DNA of 64,000 nucleotides, from contig JAQYLJ010000005.1 of assembly GCA_028720145.1 (NCBI GenBank), forward strand, positions 8,112-72,111, in the 5' to 3' direction. Positions 55,749 to 64,000 of this stretch are shown piece after piece. This stretch comes from Clostridia bacterium. Lineage in GTDB: Bacteria > Bacillota > Clostridia > Oscillospirales > CAG-272. Under the pieces are notes generated by a model, which was given only the letters and a program-made list of their open reading frames with translations, was not told the DNA's origin and searched no databases. The position numbers were made by a program, and so were the translations under genes. How positions within the stretch are numbered: the first letter of the stretch is position 1; every line of letters starts with the position of its first letter.

Positions 55749-56381
55749 TTATGCTTTCACAGAATCGCGGATAAAGACGATACCGCCCCGTGCGCCGGGG
55801 ATCGCGCCTTTGACTGCGATCAGATTTTTCTCTGCGTCAATTTTGACAACGGCAAGGTTCAGAATGGTGACCTGCTCGTTACCGTACTGTCCCGCCATCT
55901 TCTTATTTTTATAGATACGGGACGGGGTGGAGTTCGCACCCATCGAACCGGGCTGACGGTGAATCGGGCCGGTACCGTGGGTCATACGCAGAATGTGATG
56001 GTTCCATCTCTTGACGGCGCCGGTGTAGCCGCGACCTTTGGTGATCCCGGTAATGTCGACCTTTTCGCCAACGGCGAAGGTATCGGCGGAGATCGTGTCG
56101 CCCACGCTGTACGCGCTGCAATCATCGAGGCGGAATTCTTTGAGGTACTTCTTTGCACCGATGCCGGCGGTCTTCAGGTGACCTGCGACCGGTTTGGTCA
56201 GGTGCTTGTCTTTGCAATCGCTGAAAGCCAGCTGGATTGCTTCGTAGCCGTCGTTCTCGACGGTCTTCTTCTGGGCGACCACGCAGGGACCTGCTTCAAT
56301 CAGGGTTACGGGCACCACATTGCCGTTCTCATCAAAAACTTGGGTCATGCCAAGCTTTTTGCCGATTACGCCATGTTTCAT
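55749..56381 (-). CDS. rplC: 50S ribosomal protein uL3
   Basis: 210 aa from ATG 56381 (MKHGVIGKKLGMTQVF..). GGAGGAAAAC RBS. The upstream extension in the ORF track is rejected. Confidence 0.95.
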   Translation of the reverse strand: MKHGVIGKKLGMTQVFDENGNVVPVTLIEAGPCVVAQKKTVENDGYEAIQLAFSDCKDKHLTKPVAGHLKTAGIGAKKYLKEFRLDDCSAYSVGDTISADTFAVGEKVDITGITKGRGYTGAVKRWNHHILRMTHGTGPIHRQPGSMGANSTPSRIYKNKKMAGQYGNEQVTILNLAVVKIDAEKNLIAVKGAIPGARGGIVFIRDSVKA

Positions 56382-56516
56382 TGTTTTCCTCCGTTTGTAG
56401 TTATTGGTTGCACCGTGTGAATTGCGGCAGAGCCGTCGGTGCAACTTGACCACGAGGTTCGTGGTACGCACGCGGATTGCGTGCGAAAGCGGTCACGCGA
56501 CCGCGGGGATACTGTG

Positions 56517-56831
56517 TTACGCTTTGATGATTTCCATGCCCACGCCGGACGGGAGCTCAATGTTCATGAGCGCCTTCACCGCATCGGCCTGAGGATTGAG
56601 AATGTCGATGAGACGCTTGTGGATTCTGCGCTCGAACTGTTCACGGGAATCCTTGTACTTGTGCACCGCACGGAGAATGGTATACTTCTCGGTATCGGTG
56701 GGCAGCGGGATCGGACCCGAGACCGCACAGCCGTTTCTCTTTGCGACTTCCACAATCTTCGCGGCGGCGGCGTCGATGAGCGCATGATCATAGCTTCTCA
56801 GCTTCACTCTGATCTTCTCGTTCTTTGCCAT
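56517..56831 (-). CDS. rpsJ: 30S ribosomal protein uS10
   Basis: 104 aa, [20 protein letters not shown].. AAGGAGG RBS. Confidence 0.95.
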   Translation of the reverse strand: MAKNEKIRVKLRSYDHALIDAAAAKIVEVAKRNGCAVSGPIPLPTDTEKYTILRAVHKYKDSREQFERRIHKRLIDILNPQADAVKALMNIELPSGVGMEIIKA

Positions 56832-57045
56832 GTTTTCCTCCTTAAAAACTTAGGAGCGATTTATACACCGTCCCGTGCGTTTCAATCAGACCCCAAAAGG
56901 AATCTCGGGAGATTTCCCAGAGGGAAACGCCCGATGAAACGCCGCATGCGGTGTACCTTCGCCCAATTTGAAATTGGACATACTCCACGAAAATTCCCTG
57001 CTTTTTTGCAGCAACCTTTCGCTTCAACGCACATCATGCTGAAGA

Positions 57046-57074
57046 ATTATATCAAATACCTCTCAAAAATGCAA
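57046..57074 (-). promoter_or_regulatory. sigma-A promoter of the S10 ribosomal operon
   Basis: Minus strand TTGCAT (57069-57074), 17 nt, TATAAT (57046-57051). AT-rich UP-like region upstream. Leader of about 210 nt to rpsJ. Confidence 0.6.
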
Positions 57075-57282
57075 GAATTTCTTTCATGGAACGGGTAAAA
57101 AATGTGTGTAGAAATTTTCTTTAATTTTTATTAGATTTTTGTTCAATATTTACAAATACGGGTATTTACCGCCAGTTTTGCCCCGTTTTTGGAAAAATAT
57201 TCCCCGTTGCGAGGAAAAATTTGAGGTTTTCTTCTCTTTTTTCGGTTTCCCGCCGTCTCCGCCCCCTCCCGCGGAAAAACAG

Positions 57283-57311
57283 TTGCATTCCCCGCGCGCG
57301 TCCGTTATAAT
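57283..57311 (+). promoter_or_regulatory. sigma-A promoter of the membrane-protein/polA unit
   Basis: TTGCAT (57283-57288), 17 nt, TATAAT (57306-57311). Confidence 0.6.
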
Positions 57312-57398
57312 AAATAAGTAGAAATCACGCGAGGACCGTGCTGTTACGCCTGCCTGTGCCATCCCATTTCGGCGGTCCCCGCCATATTGAGGTTCCAA

Positions 57399-58361
57399 AT
57401 GAAACACAAGATTTGCCCGTCCCTTTTTGTCGGGAGTCTCCTCTCCCTGCTCGCCTTTGTCGCGGGTGCCGCTCTTCTGAGTGCCGCCTGTCTCGTCGCC
57501 TCCTCGCCGCTCTCGTACCTGACGAGCGGTGTATGGACCGCGTTCTGCGTCGTGACCATCGTGCATATTCTGCTCCAAGCCGCACTTCTGCCCGTCACGC
57601 GCCCCCTCGGAGAACTCCCCCGCGCCAAGGTCGGTACCTCACTCGTCTCCGCGCTCGCGGCGCTCTCTCTCCTTGCTCTCGCGGCAAGTATGATCGTCGT
57701 CGGGGCGCGTGGCACGGGTGTCTCGCGCGTCTTTCCCTTGCTCATCGCTCTTTTCTCGCTCGTGAGTACGGTCGGGTTTGCGCTCCGCGCGGTCTATCGC
57801 GGGAAATACCCGTCGGTCGAGATTCTGACCCGTCTCGCCCTCCCCCTCGCCTGTGTCTTTTTCGCACTCTATCTCTACTTCGAGAAGTCCATCCCGCGCA
57901 ACGCGAGTTGGAAACTCCTGCTCTCCCTGTGTTTCCTGTTCCTCGCCCTTTGGCTGACCGCCGACATTCGCTACGAAGTCGGGAATCCCAAGCCGCGGCT
58001 CTATCACCTGCTCGGCAGAGTGACCGCACCTCTCCTCGGGGCGGTGGTCGTCGCCTCGATCTTTCTCGGAGCGGGGAGGGGTCTCTCTTATCTCCCCGCG
58101 ACCGTCTATATTCTGTTCGCGGTTTTCTTCCTTTATATTATAGTAAACCATCTGCCCGCGTCGGGCATTTCATTTGAGCGGGCTCCTGCCGATGGAGATG
58201 AGTCGGGCGCGCCCGATTTTTCGGACGCAGATTCCACCGACATGGGTTCTTCCGACACGGGTTCCGTCGATGCGGAATTTACCGACACGGAGCCCGCCGA
58301 CGCAAATGAAGACCAATCTTCCCCCTCGGAAGACCCGAACGGGAAAGGGGGAGAGGAGTAA
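57399..58361 (+). CDS. hypothetical polytopic membrane protein with an acidic C-terminal tail
   Basis: 320 aa from ATG 57399 (MKHKICPSLFVGSLL.., GAGG RBS). About 8 predicted TM helices, then a D/S/T/E-rich tail of about 65 aa. The stop is 3 nt before the polA ATG. Confidence 0.65.
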   Translation: MKHKICPSLFVGSLLSLLAFVAGAALLSAACLVASSPLSYLTSGVWTAFCVVTIVHILLQAALLPVTRPLGELPRAKVGTSLVSALAALSLLALAASMIVVGARGTGVSRVFPLLIALFSLVSTVGFALRAVYRGKYPSVEILTRLALPLACVFFALYLYFEKSIPRNASWKLLLSLCFLFLALWLTADIRYEVGNPKPRLYHLLGRVTAPLLGAVVVASIFLGAGRGLSYLPATVYILFAVFFLYIIVNHLPASGISFERAPADGDESGAPDFSDADSTDMGSSDTGSVDAEFTDTEPADANEDQSSPSEDPNGKGGEE

Positions 58362-58364
58362 GCC

Positions 58365-60893
58365 ATGAAGACCATCCTCGTCATTGACGGAAACAGCATC
58401 ATCAACCGCGCTTTCTACGGTGTCCGCCCACTCTCAACCCGAGACGGCAGACCGACCAACGCCATCTTCGGCATGATTCGTATCATCACGCATCAGCTGA
58501 ATACGCTGAAACCCGATTATGCCGCCGTGGCGTTCGATGTCCACGCGCCGACCTTCCGCCACAAGATGTACACCGAATACAAGGCGGGACGCAGAGAGAC
58601 CCCCGAGGATTTGATTGCCCAGTTTGCCCCTGCGAAAGAGTGCCTCACCGCCATGGGACTTCGGGTGCTCGAACTCCCGGGGTACGAAGCGGACGATATT
58701 CAGGGGACGGTCTCGGCATGGGCGGAGGAACTCGAAGACGGACACGCCTATGTGCTCTCGGGCGACCGCGACCTCTTTCAACTGATTGACGACCACACCA
58801 CCGTGCTGTATGCCGGTACCGAGACCAAAACATTTGACCGTGCCGCATTCCGCGAGAAGTACCCGGGGGTGGAGCCCGAGCAGTTCGTCGCCGTCAAAGC
58901 CCTGATGGGGGACGCGTCCGACCATATCCCGGGGGTCGCGGGAGTCGGGGAAAAGACCGCACTGAAACTCATCTCGACCTTCGGCTCGCTCGACGGGGTC
59001 TATGACAACATCGATTCCCCCGAGATCGCAAAAGGCGTGCGGGAGAAACTCAAGGCGTCAAAAGAAAACGCCTATCTCTCCGAGGCGCTCGCACGGATTC
59101 TCCGCGATGCTCCCCTAAAAGAGACCCTCGCGGATATCGCTTACACGGGGATTCAGGCAGACAAACTCGCGCGATTGCTCACGGATCTGGAACTGAACAG
59201 CATCCTGAATCTGTTTCACCTCTCCCCCGTCGCGTCCTCGCCCATCAGCGCCGCACAACCCACGGAGGTGGAAACCGAAGTCACATACCAAGAGGCGACC
59301 CTCTCGGAAGTCCTCAAAATGAACGGCAAGTTTGCTTTCCATAAATCAAATGGAGTCTATTCTCTGTCTAACGCGGATACCCGACTGGTCTACCGCGGGG
59401 CACTCGCAGACCTCGCCCCCCTCTTTCTTTCCGAAAACACCGTGATCTGCCACAATGGAAAGGAACTTTGGCATTCCCTGGATTCCTTGGGGGTTCGACC
59501 GACCGCAACCCTTGCGGATGTTTCCCTATATGCCTATGTCCTCGACTCCTCGCGCGGAAATCGCACCCTCGCCGAGCTGTGTTCGGATGTCCTCGGGGTC
59601 ACCCTGCCGGAGTCCCTGCCGATCGCACATCTGCTTTATAAGATGGAAAGCGTTCTTTCCAACGAGATTGAAACCGTTCATGCAGAGAAACTGCTCACCG
59701 AAGTCGAGATACCGCTCCTCCCCGTCCTCGCGGAGATGGAGGCAGTCGGATTCCGCATCGATACCGACGGGCTCCGTGCCTACGGTGTGGAACTCAATTC
59801 TCTCGCGGAGAAGTACGCATCTGCGATTCAGACCGCGGCAGGGCACCCCTTCAATGTCAATTCCCCCAAGCAGCTCGGCGAAGTGCTGTTTGAGGAGATG
59901 GGACTCCCGTCTCCCAAAAAGAAAAAGAGCGGGTACCCGACCGATGCCGAGACCCTGAAAGTGCTCGCAAACGACTATCCCATCGCCGACGACATTCTGA
60001 CCTATCGGCACCTGAGTAAGCTCTATTCGACCTACGCCGTCGGGCTGCTCACCGCTGCGGACGCAAACGGTCGGCTCCACACCGATTTCAAACAGACCCT
60101 GACCGCGACCGGCAGACTCTCCTCCGCCGAGCCGAACCTGCAAAACATCCCGATTCGCACCCCCGCCGGGCGTGAGATGCGCCGCTACTTTATCCCCCGC
60201 GACGGATGGGTGCTCGTAGACGCGGACTATTCGCAGATTGAACTGCGTCTGCTCGCCGTCCTCTCGGGTGACCGAGCGATGATTGACGCCTTCCGAAGCG
60301 GTGCGGACATTCACACCGCGACGGCGGCATCCGCGTTCCGTATCCCGATTGAGGAAGTGACCCCCGCGCTCCGCAAGAGTGCGAAAGCCATTAACTTCGG
60401 GATTGTCTACGGCATCAGCGCGTATTCGCTCTCGCAGGACCTCGGCATCTCGGTCGCCGAAGCGAAAGAGTATATCGAGCACTATATGCAGACCTACCCC
60501 GAGATCGGCGGCTACCTCGAAGAGACGGTCGCCCATGCTTCGGAGGTCGGGTACACCGAGACCCTCTACGGTCGTCGGCGCTATATTCCCGAGCTCAAAA
60601 GCGCGAACGGCATGGTGCGCGCCCTCGGTCGCCGCATGGCGTTGAACGCCCCGATACAGGGGACCGCTGCCGACCTGATGAAGACGGCGATGGTGAAGGT
60701 CGCGAGTGCACTCAAACAGGAGATTCCCGACGCGCACCTCCTCATGCAGGTGCATGACGAACTGGTGCTGGAATGCCCGCCCGCGGACGCGGAGAGAGCC
60801 GCCGCGCTCCTCAAACGCGAGATGGAGAGCGTCGCGGACTTCGCAGTCCCGCTAACCGTCGATGTCACCATCGCGGACAACTGGCTGAAATAA
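58365..60893 (+). CDS. polA: DNA polymerase I
   Basis: 842 aa. 5'-nuclease domain (LVIDGNSIINRAFYG..), polymerase motifs DYSQIELR, RRSAKAINFG-like (RKSAKAINFGIVYG), QVHDELV. Confidence 0.95.
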   Translation: MKTILVIDGNSIINRAFYGVRPLSTRDGRPTNAIFGMIRIITHQLNTLKPDYAAVAFDVHAPTFRHKMYTEYKAGRRETPEDLIAQFAPAKECLTAMGLRVLELPGYEADDIQGTVSAWAEELEDGHAYVLSGDRDLFQLIDDHTTVLYAGTETKTFDRAAFREKYPGVEPEQFVAVKALMGDASDHIPGVAGVGEKTALKLISTFGSLDGVYDNIDSPEIAKGVREKLKASKENAYLSEALARILRDAPLKETLADIAYTGIQADKLARLLTDLELNSILNLFHLSPVASSPISAAQPTEVETEVTYQEATLSEVLKMNGKFAFHKSNGVYSLSNADTRLVYRGALADLAPLFLSENTVICHNGKELWHSLDSLGVRPTATLADVSLYAYVLDSSRGNRTLAELCSDVLGVTLPESLPIAHLLYKMESVLSNEIETVHAEKLLTEVEIPLLPVLAEMEAVGFRIDTDGLRAYGVELNSLAEKYASAIQTAAGHPFNVNSPKQLGEVLFEEMGLPSPKKKKSGYPTDAETLKVLANDYPIADDILTYRHLSKLYSTYAVGLLTAADANGRLHTDFKQTLTATGRLSSAEPNLQNIPIRTPAGREMRRYFIPRDGWVLVDADYSQIELRLLAVLSGDRAMIDAFRSGADIHTATAASAFRIPIEEVTPALRKSAKAINFGIVYGISAYSLSQDLGISVAEAKEYIEHYMQTYPEIGGYLEETVAHASEVGYTETLYGRRRYIPELKSANGMVRALGRRMALNAPIQGTAADLMKTAMVKVASALKQEIPDAHLLMQVHDELVLECPPADAERAAALLKREMESVADFAVPLTVDVTIADNWLK

Positions 60894-60924
60894 GAAGTAT
60901 TTCTCATCGTCGAAACAGAATCGT

Positions 60925-60960
60925 GAGAGGAGCCGCAATTGCGGCTCCTCTCATTGTTTT
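60925..60960. terminator. bidirectional terminator, member 4 of the GAGAGGAGCCG family
   Basis: GAGAGGAGCCGC-AAUU-GCGGCUCCUCUC followed by AUUGUUUUGG. Lies between the convergent polA and DUF3794 genes. Confidence 0.7.
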
Positions 60961-61102
60961 GGGCGTTGCGTGCGGATTTCGATTTACTATGGAGAAACTC
61001 TGTTTTTCTTCTTTCCTTGTTCGGTTTCCCTATTTCTTTCGGGTGTTTGATGATTACTTTCCCGTGACGCGCCCCCCGCGTAAAAACGGCATTACTCATG
61101 CA

Positions 61103-62629
61103 TCAGTATTCAAGCATCAGGCGGGTCATGCCGTCGAGACAATAGGGGCAATCGGAGGTTTCGAGTGCCTCTTTCGGCAAGTTATTCGCGTCCGCGATGG
61201 CGGAGAGCGGCAGATGGTACTTCCGTCCGATGCTCCAAAGAGAATCCTCGGGGGAGAGATAGGTGGCAACCAGTTCTCCCGCGCGGCTCTCGAACGGGTG
61301 CTCGGTATCCGCCGTCACCTCCGACACCACCTGCATCGAGAGCGGGCGGGACGCGAGACAGGTCACGAGCAATTCCGCGTCGAGAGAGAGTTTCTGCCCG
61401 TCGCAACGGGTATGACAGCCGACACAGGTCGTGCTGACATGGAGTTCCGTCCCCTCGGCGAGAGGTTCTTTCGCCGTGAAGCGGACTTTGTAGGGAACCG
61501 TGAACGAGCCGCCGACATACGCTTCATCCGCATCTTCCTGTCCGAAGATCCCCTGCATTTTGAGGTCGCCCTCGACCGAAATCTCGTTCCCGTTGACACT
61601 CGTTCCCGTGACAGTCGCGTTCCCGCGGCAGTCGACGACCGATGCGCCGTTATCCGGTCCGATCTCGTGGAGCGGGATCTCTCCGTCCACCGTGAAGTTC
61701 CCCTGCATACAGGCGGGGAAATACCGCCCCCGCATCTCGCGTCTCGTGACCTGCGTCGGGCAGTCGACCGCGTAGAGGTCGCTCATCGGGGAGATTTCCT
61801 CGTTGTGCGTGGCGAGACAGTAAAGCCGCACCCGCGCATCGAACACCATCCGGCAGTCTCCCTCGCCCTCCGTAGGGGTCGCCGAGAGTGACGGGCACAC
61901 CCCCCACGCGAGACAGGTGTCCGCGGGCGTGATGTTCTCATCCGGGAGATATTCTTCCATCGGGATTTTCGTCTTTAACGAGTAGGGTTTCCCTTCTCCG
62001 TCCGCGCACAGCGCATTCAGCCACAAATCCGCGCGGATACGCACCCCGCCGTTCTCGGCTCTCGCCTCACGCGGGAGCACCCTGCCCGAGACAGAGAGGA
62101 GCCGACTCCCCGGCTCCGCCTTGACACTCTCAGTGAGCTCGGTTTCCTCGGAAGAGAGGTAATTCGACCGCCCGACCGTGAGGGCACGGCGGAGCGCCTG
62201 CGTCTCCCCGACATCCTCGGCGATCTCCGGCTCGTGAAAGACCTCGGTCACACAGCCGATGGGACGGAAACTGATGCCCGCCCGCATCGTCAGACGGCGG
62301 GGTCCCCCCGGGCGGCAGGAGACATTCTCCACCGTCGGGAGCGCGAGCATACGGCTCCCCTCCCCGCCCGGAATCGCACATTCATAGGTGCCGTCAAAAG
62401 ACGCGGAAGAGAGGGCGCCCTCTCCGTCGAGATACAGCAGGGTATAGCGCACCTCGCCGCCGACCTCGGTCTTATCCTGCGTCTCGTACTGTCCCGTCGG
62501 TGCCGCGTCACAGTCTACGCGGAGCACCCGCCGCACCTCGGGCATATAGTCGGGCAGGGTGTACTCTCCCCCCGTCTCGCACGCATATGTTCCGCCGAGA
62601 CTGCGCTCTGCCTCATAGGTATTTGCCAT
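61103..62629 (-). CDS. DUF3794 (SPOCS)-domain protein with a C-terminal LysM domain
   Basis: About 508 aa. Repeated beta-rich modules typical of clostridial DUF3794 proteins. C-terminal LysM (YLSPEDSLWSIGRKYHLPLSAIADANNLP). The start is uncertain (ATG 62629 or 62644). Confidence 0.7.
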   Translation of the reverse strand: MANTYEAERSLGGTYACETGGEYTLPDYMPEVRRVLRVDCDAAPTGQYETQDKTEVGGEVRYTLLYLDGEGALSSASFDGTYECAIPGGEGSRMLALPTVENVSCRPGGPRRLTMRAGISFRPIGCVTEVFHEPEIAEDVGETQALRRALTVGRSNYLSSEETELTESVKAEPGSRLLSVSGRVLPREARAENGGVRIRADLWLNALCADGEGKPYSLKTKIPMEEYLPDENITPADTCLAWGVCPSLSATPTEGEGDCRMVFDARVRLYCLATHNEEISPMSDLYAVDCPTQVTRREMRGRYFPACMQGNFTVDGEIPLHEIGPDNGASVVDCRGNATVTGTSVNGNEISVEGDLKMQGIFGQEDADEAYVGGSFTVPYKVRFTAKEPLAEGTELHVSTTCVGCHTRCDGQKLSLDAELLVTCLASRPLSMQVVSEVTADTEHPFESRAGELVATYLSPEDSLWSIGRKYHLPLSAIADANNLPKEALETSDCPYCLDGMTRLMLEY

Positions 62630-63074
62630 CTCTCGTTCCCCCATTCACCGCATTTTTGTACCATCCTATGCAATGCCGCGCGCATTCTAGAACCTAGTCA
62701 CAGAGCTCCTGCCGTCAGACCGAAAAGCCGCCCGACATGATAGTGTCCACGGCAGACCAAAAAACAGATGGTTCAAGACCATTCGACAAAGTATCTATTT
62801 CTATATTTTTTAGCCATCAATATGTTATGAAAGAGTGCTTTTCCCCAATAGGGGGATGAAACGAGAAGGCTCTTGGACTCCGATATGTGCGCGCGAATTT
62901 TGTCGGAAAAGAGCGCATTGTGGGGAAATCATTCCTTTTGTGTAACCGAGATGCGGCTTTTAAGCAAAAACATGAAGTTTTATAGCTGTTTTTTGGATTT
63001 TGTATTGCCATTTTATGGTTTATATGATATGATGATTCACCCCAAAAATACATGAAAGAAAGAGGTAGACAACT

Positions 63075-64000
63075 ATGAAGCATCATTCCGCATTCCTTAT
63101 GATTCTCTCGTGCTTGCTCTTGCTTGCGCTTTCCCTAACGGTATGCGCGACACCGACAGATCCCTCTGTTCGAGAAGAAGCGGCATATACAGGGGGAGAT
63201 GAGTCCCGGCTCCCGCCCTCCGAACCCGCGCTTGCATCCGAGAGCGCATCCGAAAGCAAATCCGAGAGCGCATCCGAGGGTGTGCAAAGCGATGAGGGAG
63301 GCATCCGCCTGCTACCCGATACATATTTTTATCAAACGGGTGAAACCCACACCCTGAATTTTCGGACTTACGGAGAGACTACCATTACACACGCAACCGC
63401 AACGGGAACCGGCTTTTCGGTCATCGACTGCTCTTCGAGCACAGACGGCGGGACTCTCACGGTAGAGTATATCGGGGGCGAAGACAAACCGACCGTCACC
63501 CTCCTGTGTGAGACTGCCGACACCACAACCTATTCTTGCCATCTGTACGGTTATACGGTGGATAACGGAGTCTATGTCAGCAGCATTTCGTATGACTCCG
63601 CATTTGAGAAATACTGTGCTGCCCTGCTGAAAAGCGAAGAGATGGATGAAACCGCTGTCAGGCGTTTTCGGGAATCCTATTATTCCTCTTGTGCCACAGT
63701 CGAGTCGTACGCCGCTTCGTCGCAAGACGAGACGGGGTTACTCGCCAAGAGTCTCGCAAGAGGCAGCAGCACTTATGCGGTAAGTTCTTCGACCATCACG
63801 GTCAGCGGATATATCCGTTGGACAGATGACGAGGGCAACACGCATCCTTGCGTCAATGTCCGTGTAGACGCAATGGATAAAGATGTCTCGTTTGACGATA
63901 CCCGCGCGACTTGCTACACGGACACGTCCGGCTACTATTCTATGACAATCAAAAAACAGCTATTTGATCGTTGCGATCTGTTCATTCGTACCTTGCCGAT
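63075..64000 (+). CDS. secreted or lipoprotein-like protein, N-terminal part only (runs off the right edge)
   Basis: Not in the ORF track (no stop inside the window). ATG 63075 with a GAGG RBS. MKHHSAFLMILSCLLLLALSLTVC/ATPTD.. signal peptide, an (A/K)SES-rich linker, then beta-rich domains. The last about 70 aa (TVSGYIRWTDDEGNTHPCVNVRVD..GYYSM) resemble a carboxypeptidase-regulatory/Cna-B-like fold. I hand-checked the frame as open through to 64000. Confidence 0.65.
   Translation, partial: MKHHSAFLMILSCLLLLALSLTVCATPTDPSVREEAAYTGGDESRLPPSEPALASESASESKSESASEGVQSDEGGIRLLPDTYFYQTGETHTLNFRTYGETTITHATATGTGFSVIDCSSSTDGGTLTVEYIGGEDKPTVTLLCETADTTTYSCHLYGYTVDNGVYVSSISYDSAFEKYCAALLKSEEMDETAVRRFRESYYSSCATVESYAASSQDETGLLAKSLARGSSTYAVSSSTITVSGYIRWTDDEGNTHPCVNVRVDAMDKDVSFDDTRATCYTDTSGYYSMTIKKQLFDRCDLFIRTLP

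Noticed and set aside
57150-58177. ORFs 57150-57578, 57325-57585 (minus strand) and 57338-58177 (plus strand, alternative frame)
   Set aside because: They overlap the promoter region or the alternative frame of the membrane-protein gene. Their translations are Arg/Pro/Ser-rich with no RBS. The frame starting at 57399 gives clean TM helices.
60581-61099. 172-aa minus-strand ORF spanning the polA 3' end and terminator
   Set aside because: It overlaps polA coding sequence and the bidirectional terminator hairpin. No RBS and a low-complexity S/A/R-rich translation.
63083-63725. Minus-strand ORFs 63083-63304, 63097-63324 and 63312-63725
   Set aside because: They lie antisense to the plus-strand secreted-protein CDS, which has a start, an RBS, a signal peptide and an uninterrupted frame to the window edge.
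1-64000. Mobile elements, prophage, CRISPR-Cas, restriction-modification, toxin-antitoxin or other defence systems
   Set aside because: No transposase, integrase, recombinase, phage structural, cas, methyltransferase, nuclease or toxin-like ORF could be recognised on either strand. The only hint of past recombination is the tRNA-Ser locus reported in the findings.

Overview
This is a 64-kb chromosomal segment from a high-GC, Clostridia-like Firmicute. The assignment rests on GGAGG-type ribosome binding sites (RBS), sigma-A promoters, a T-box leader and a sporulation-type DUF3794/LysM protein. Almost everything is core metabolism or translation. From left to right the window holds: a truncated lipoprotein gene; an FAD-oxidoreductase/EamA transporter pair; a ZTP-riboswitch-controlled purine operon (purE-C-F-M-N, purO-like, AICARFT-only purH, purD, large purL, fhs); ldhA, pepO and a GNAT gene; a small sugar-type cluster (GH13, AraC, Gfo/Idh/MocA, NAD-epimerase-like); tRNA-Ser(GCU); a Trp T-box controlling an orphan TrpB2-like gene; an agmatine deiminase operon (ptcA-aguD-aguA-arcC); aroK; a Re-citrate-synthase/aconitase/isocitrate-dehydrogenase operon; rubrerythrin plus a PerR-like regulator; the complete S10-spc-alpha ribosomal cluster (rpsJ to rplQ, including rpmD and rpmJ, which are absent from the ORF track); a membrane-protein/polA operon; a DUF3794-LysM protein; and a truncated secreted protein. 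I see no CRISPR array, transposase, integrase, phage gene or recognisable defence gene, and I cannot support a novel multi-gene system from the sequence alone. The most unusual loci are: (1) the tRNA-Ser locus, which has an imperfect acceptor end, an orphan inverted tRNA T-arm copy and heptamer-iteron inverted repeats; (2) a uL24 carrying a four-Cys zinc-ribbon-like C-terminus; (3) a dispersed GAGAGGAGCCG hairpin family; (4) structured leaders and spacers (GNAT 5'UTR, rpsJ-rplC, rpsD-rpoA). The many very long ORFs opposite real genes are codon-aligned antisense shadows and are rejected. Coordinates of non-coding features are hand-counted and may be off by 1-2 nt.
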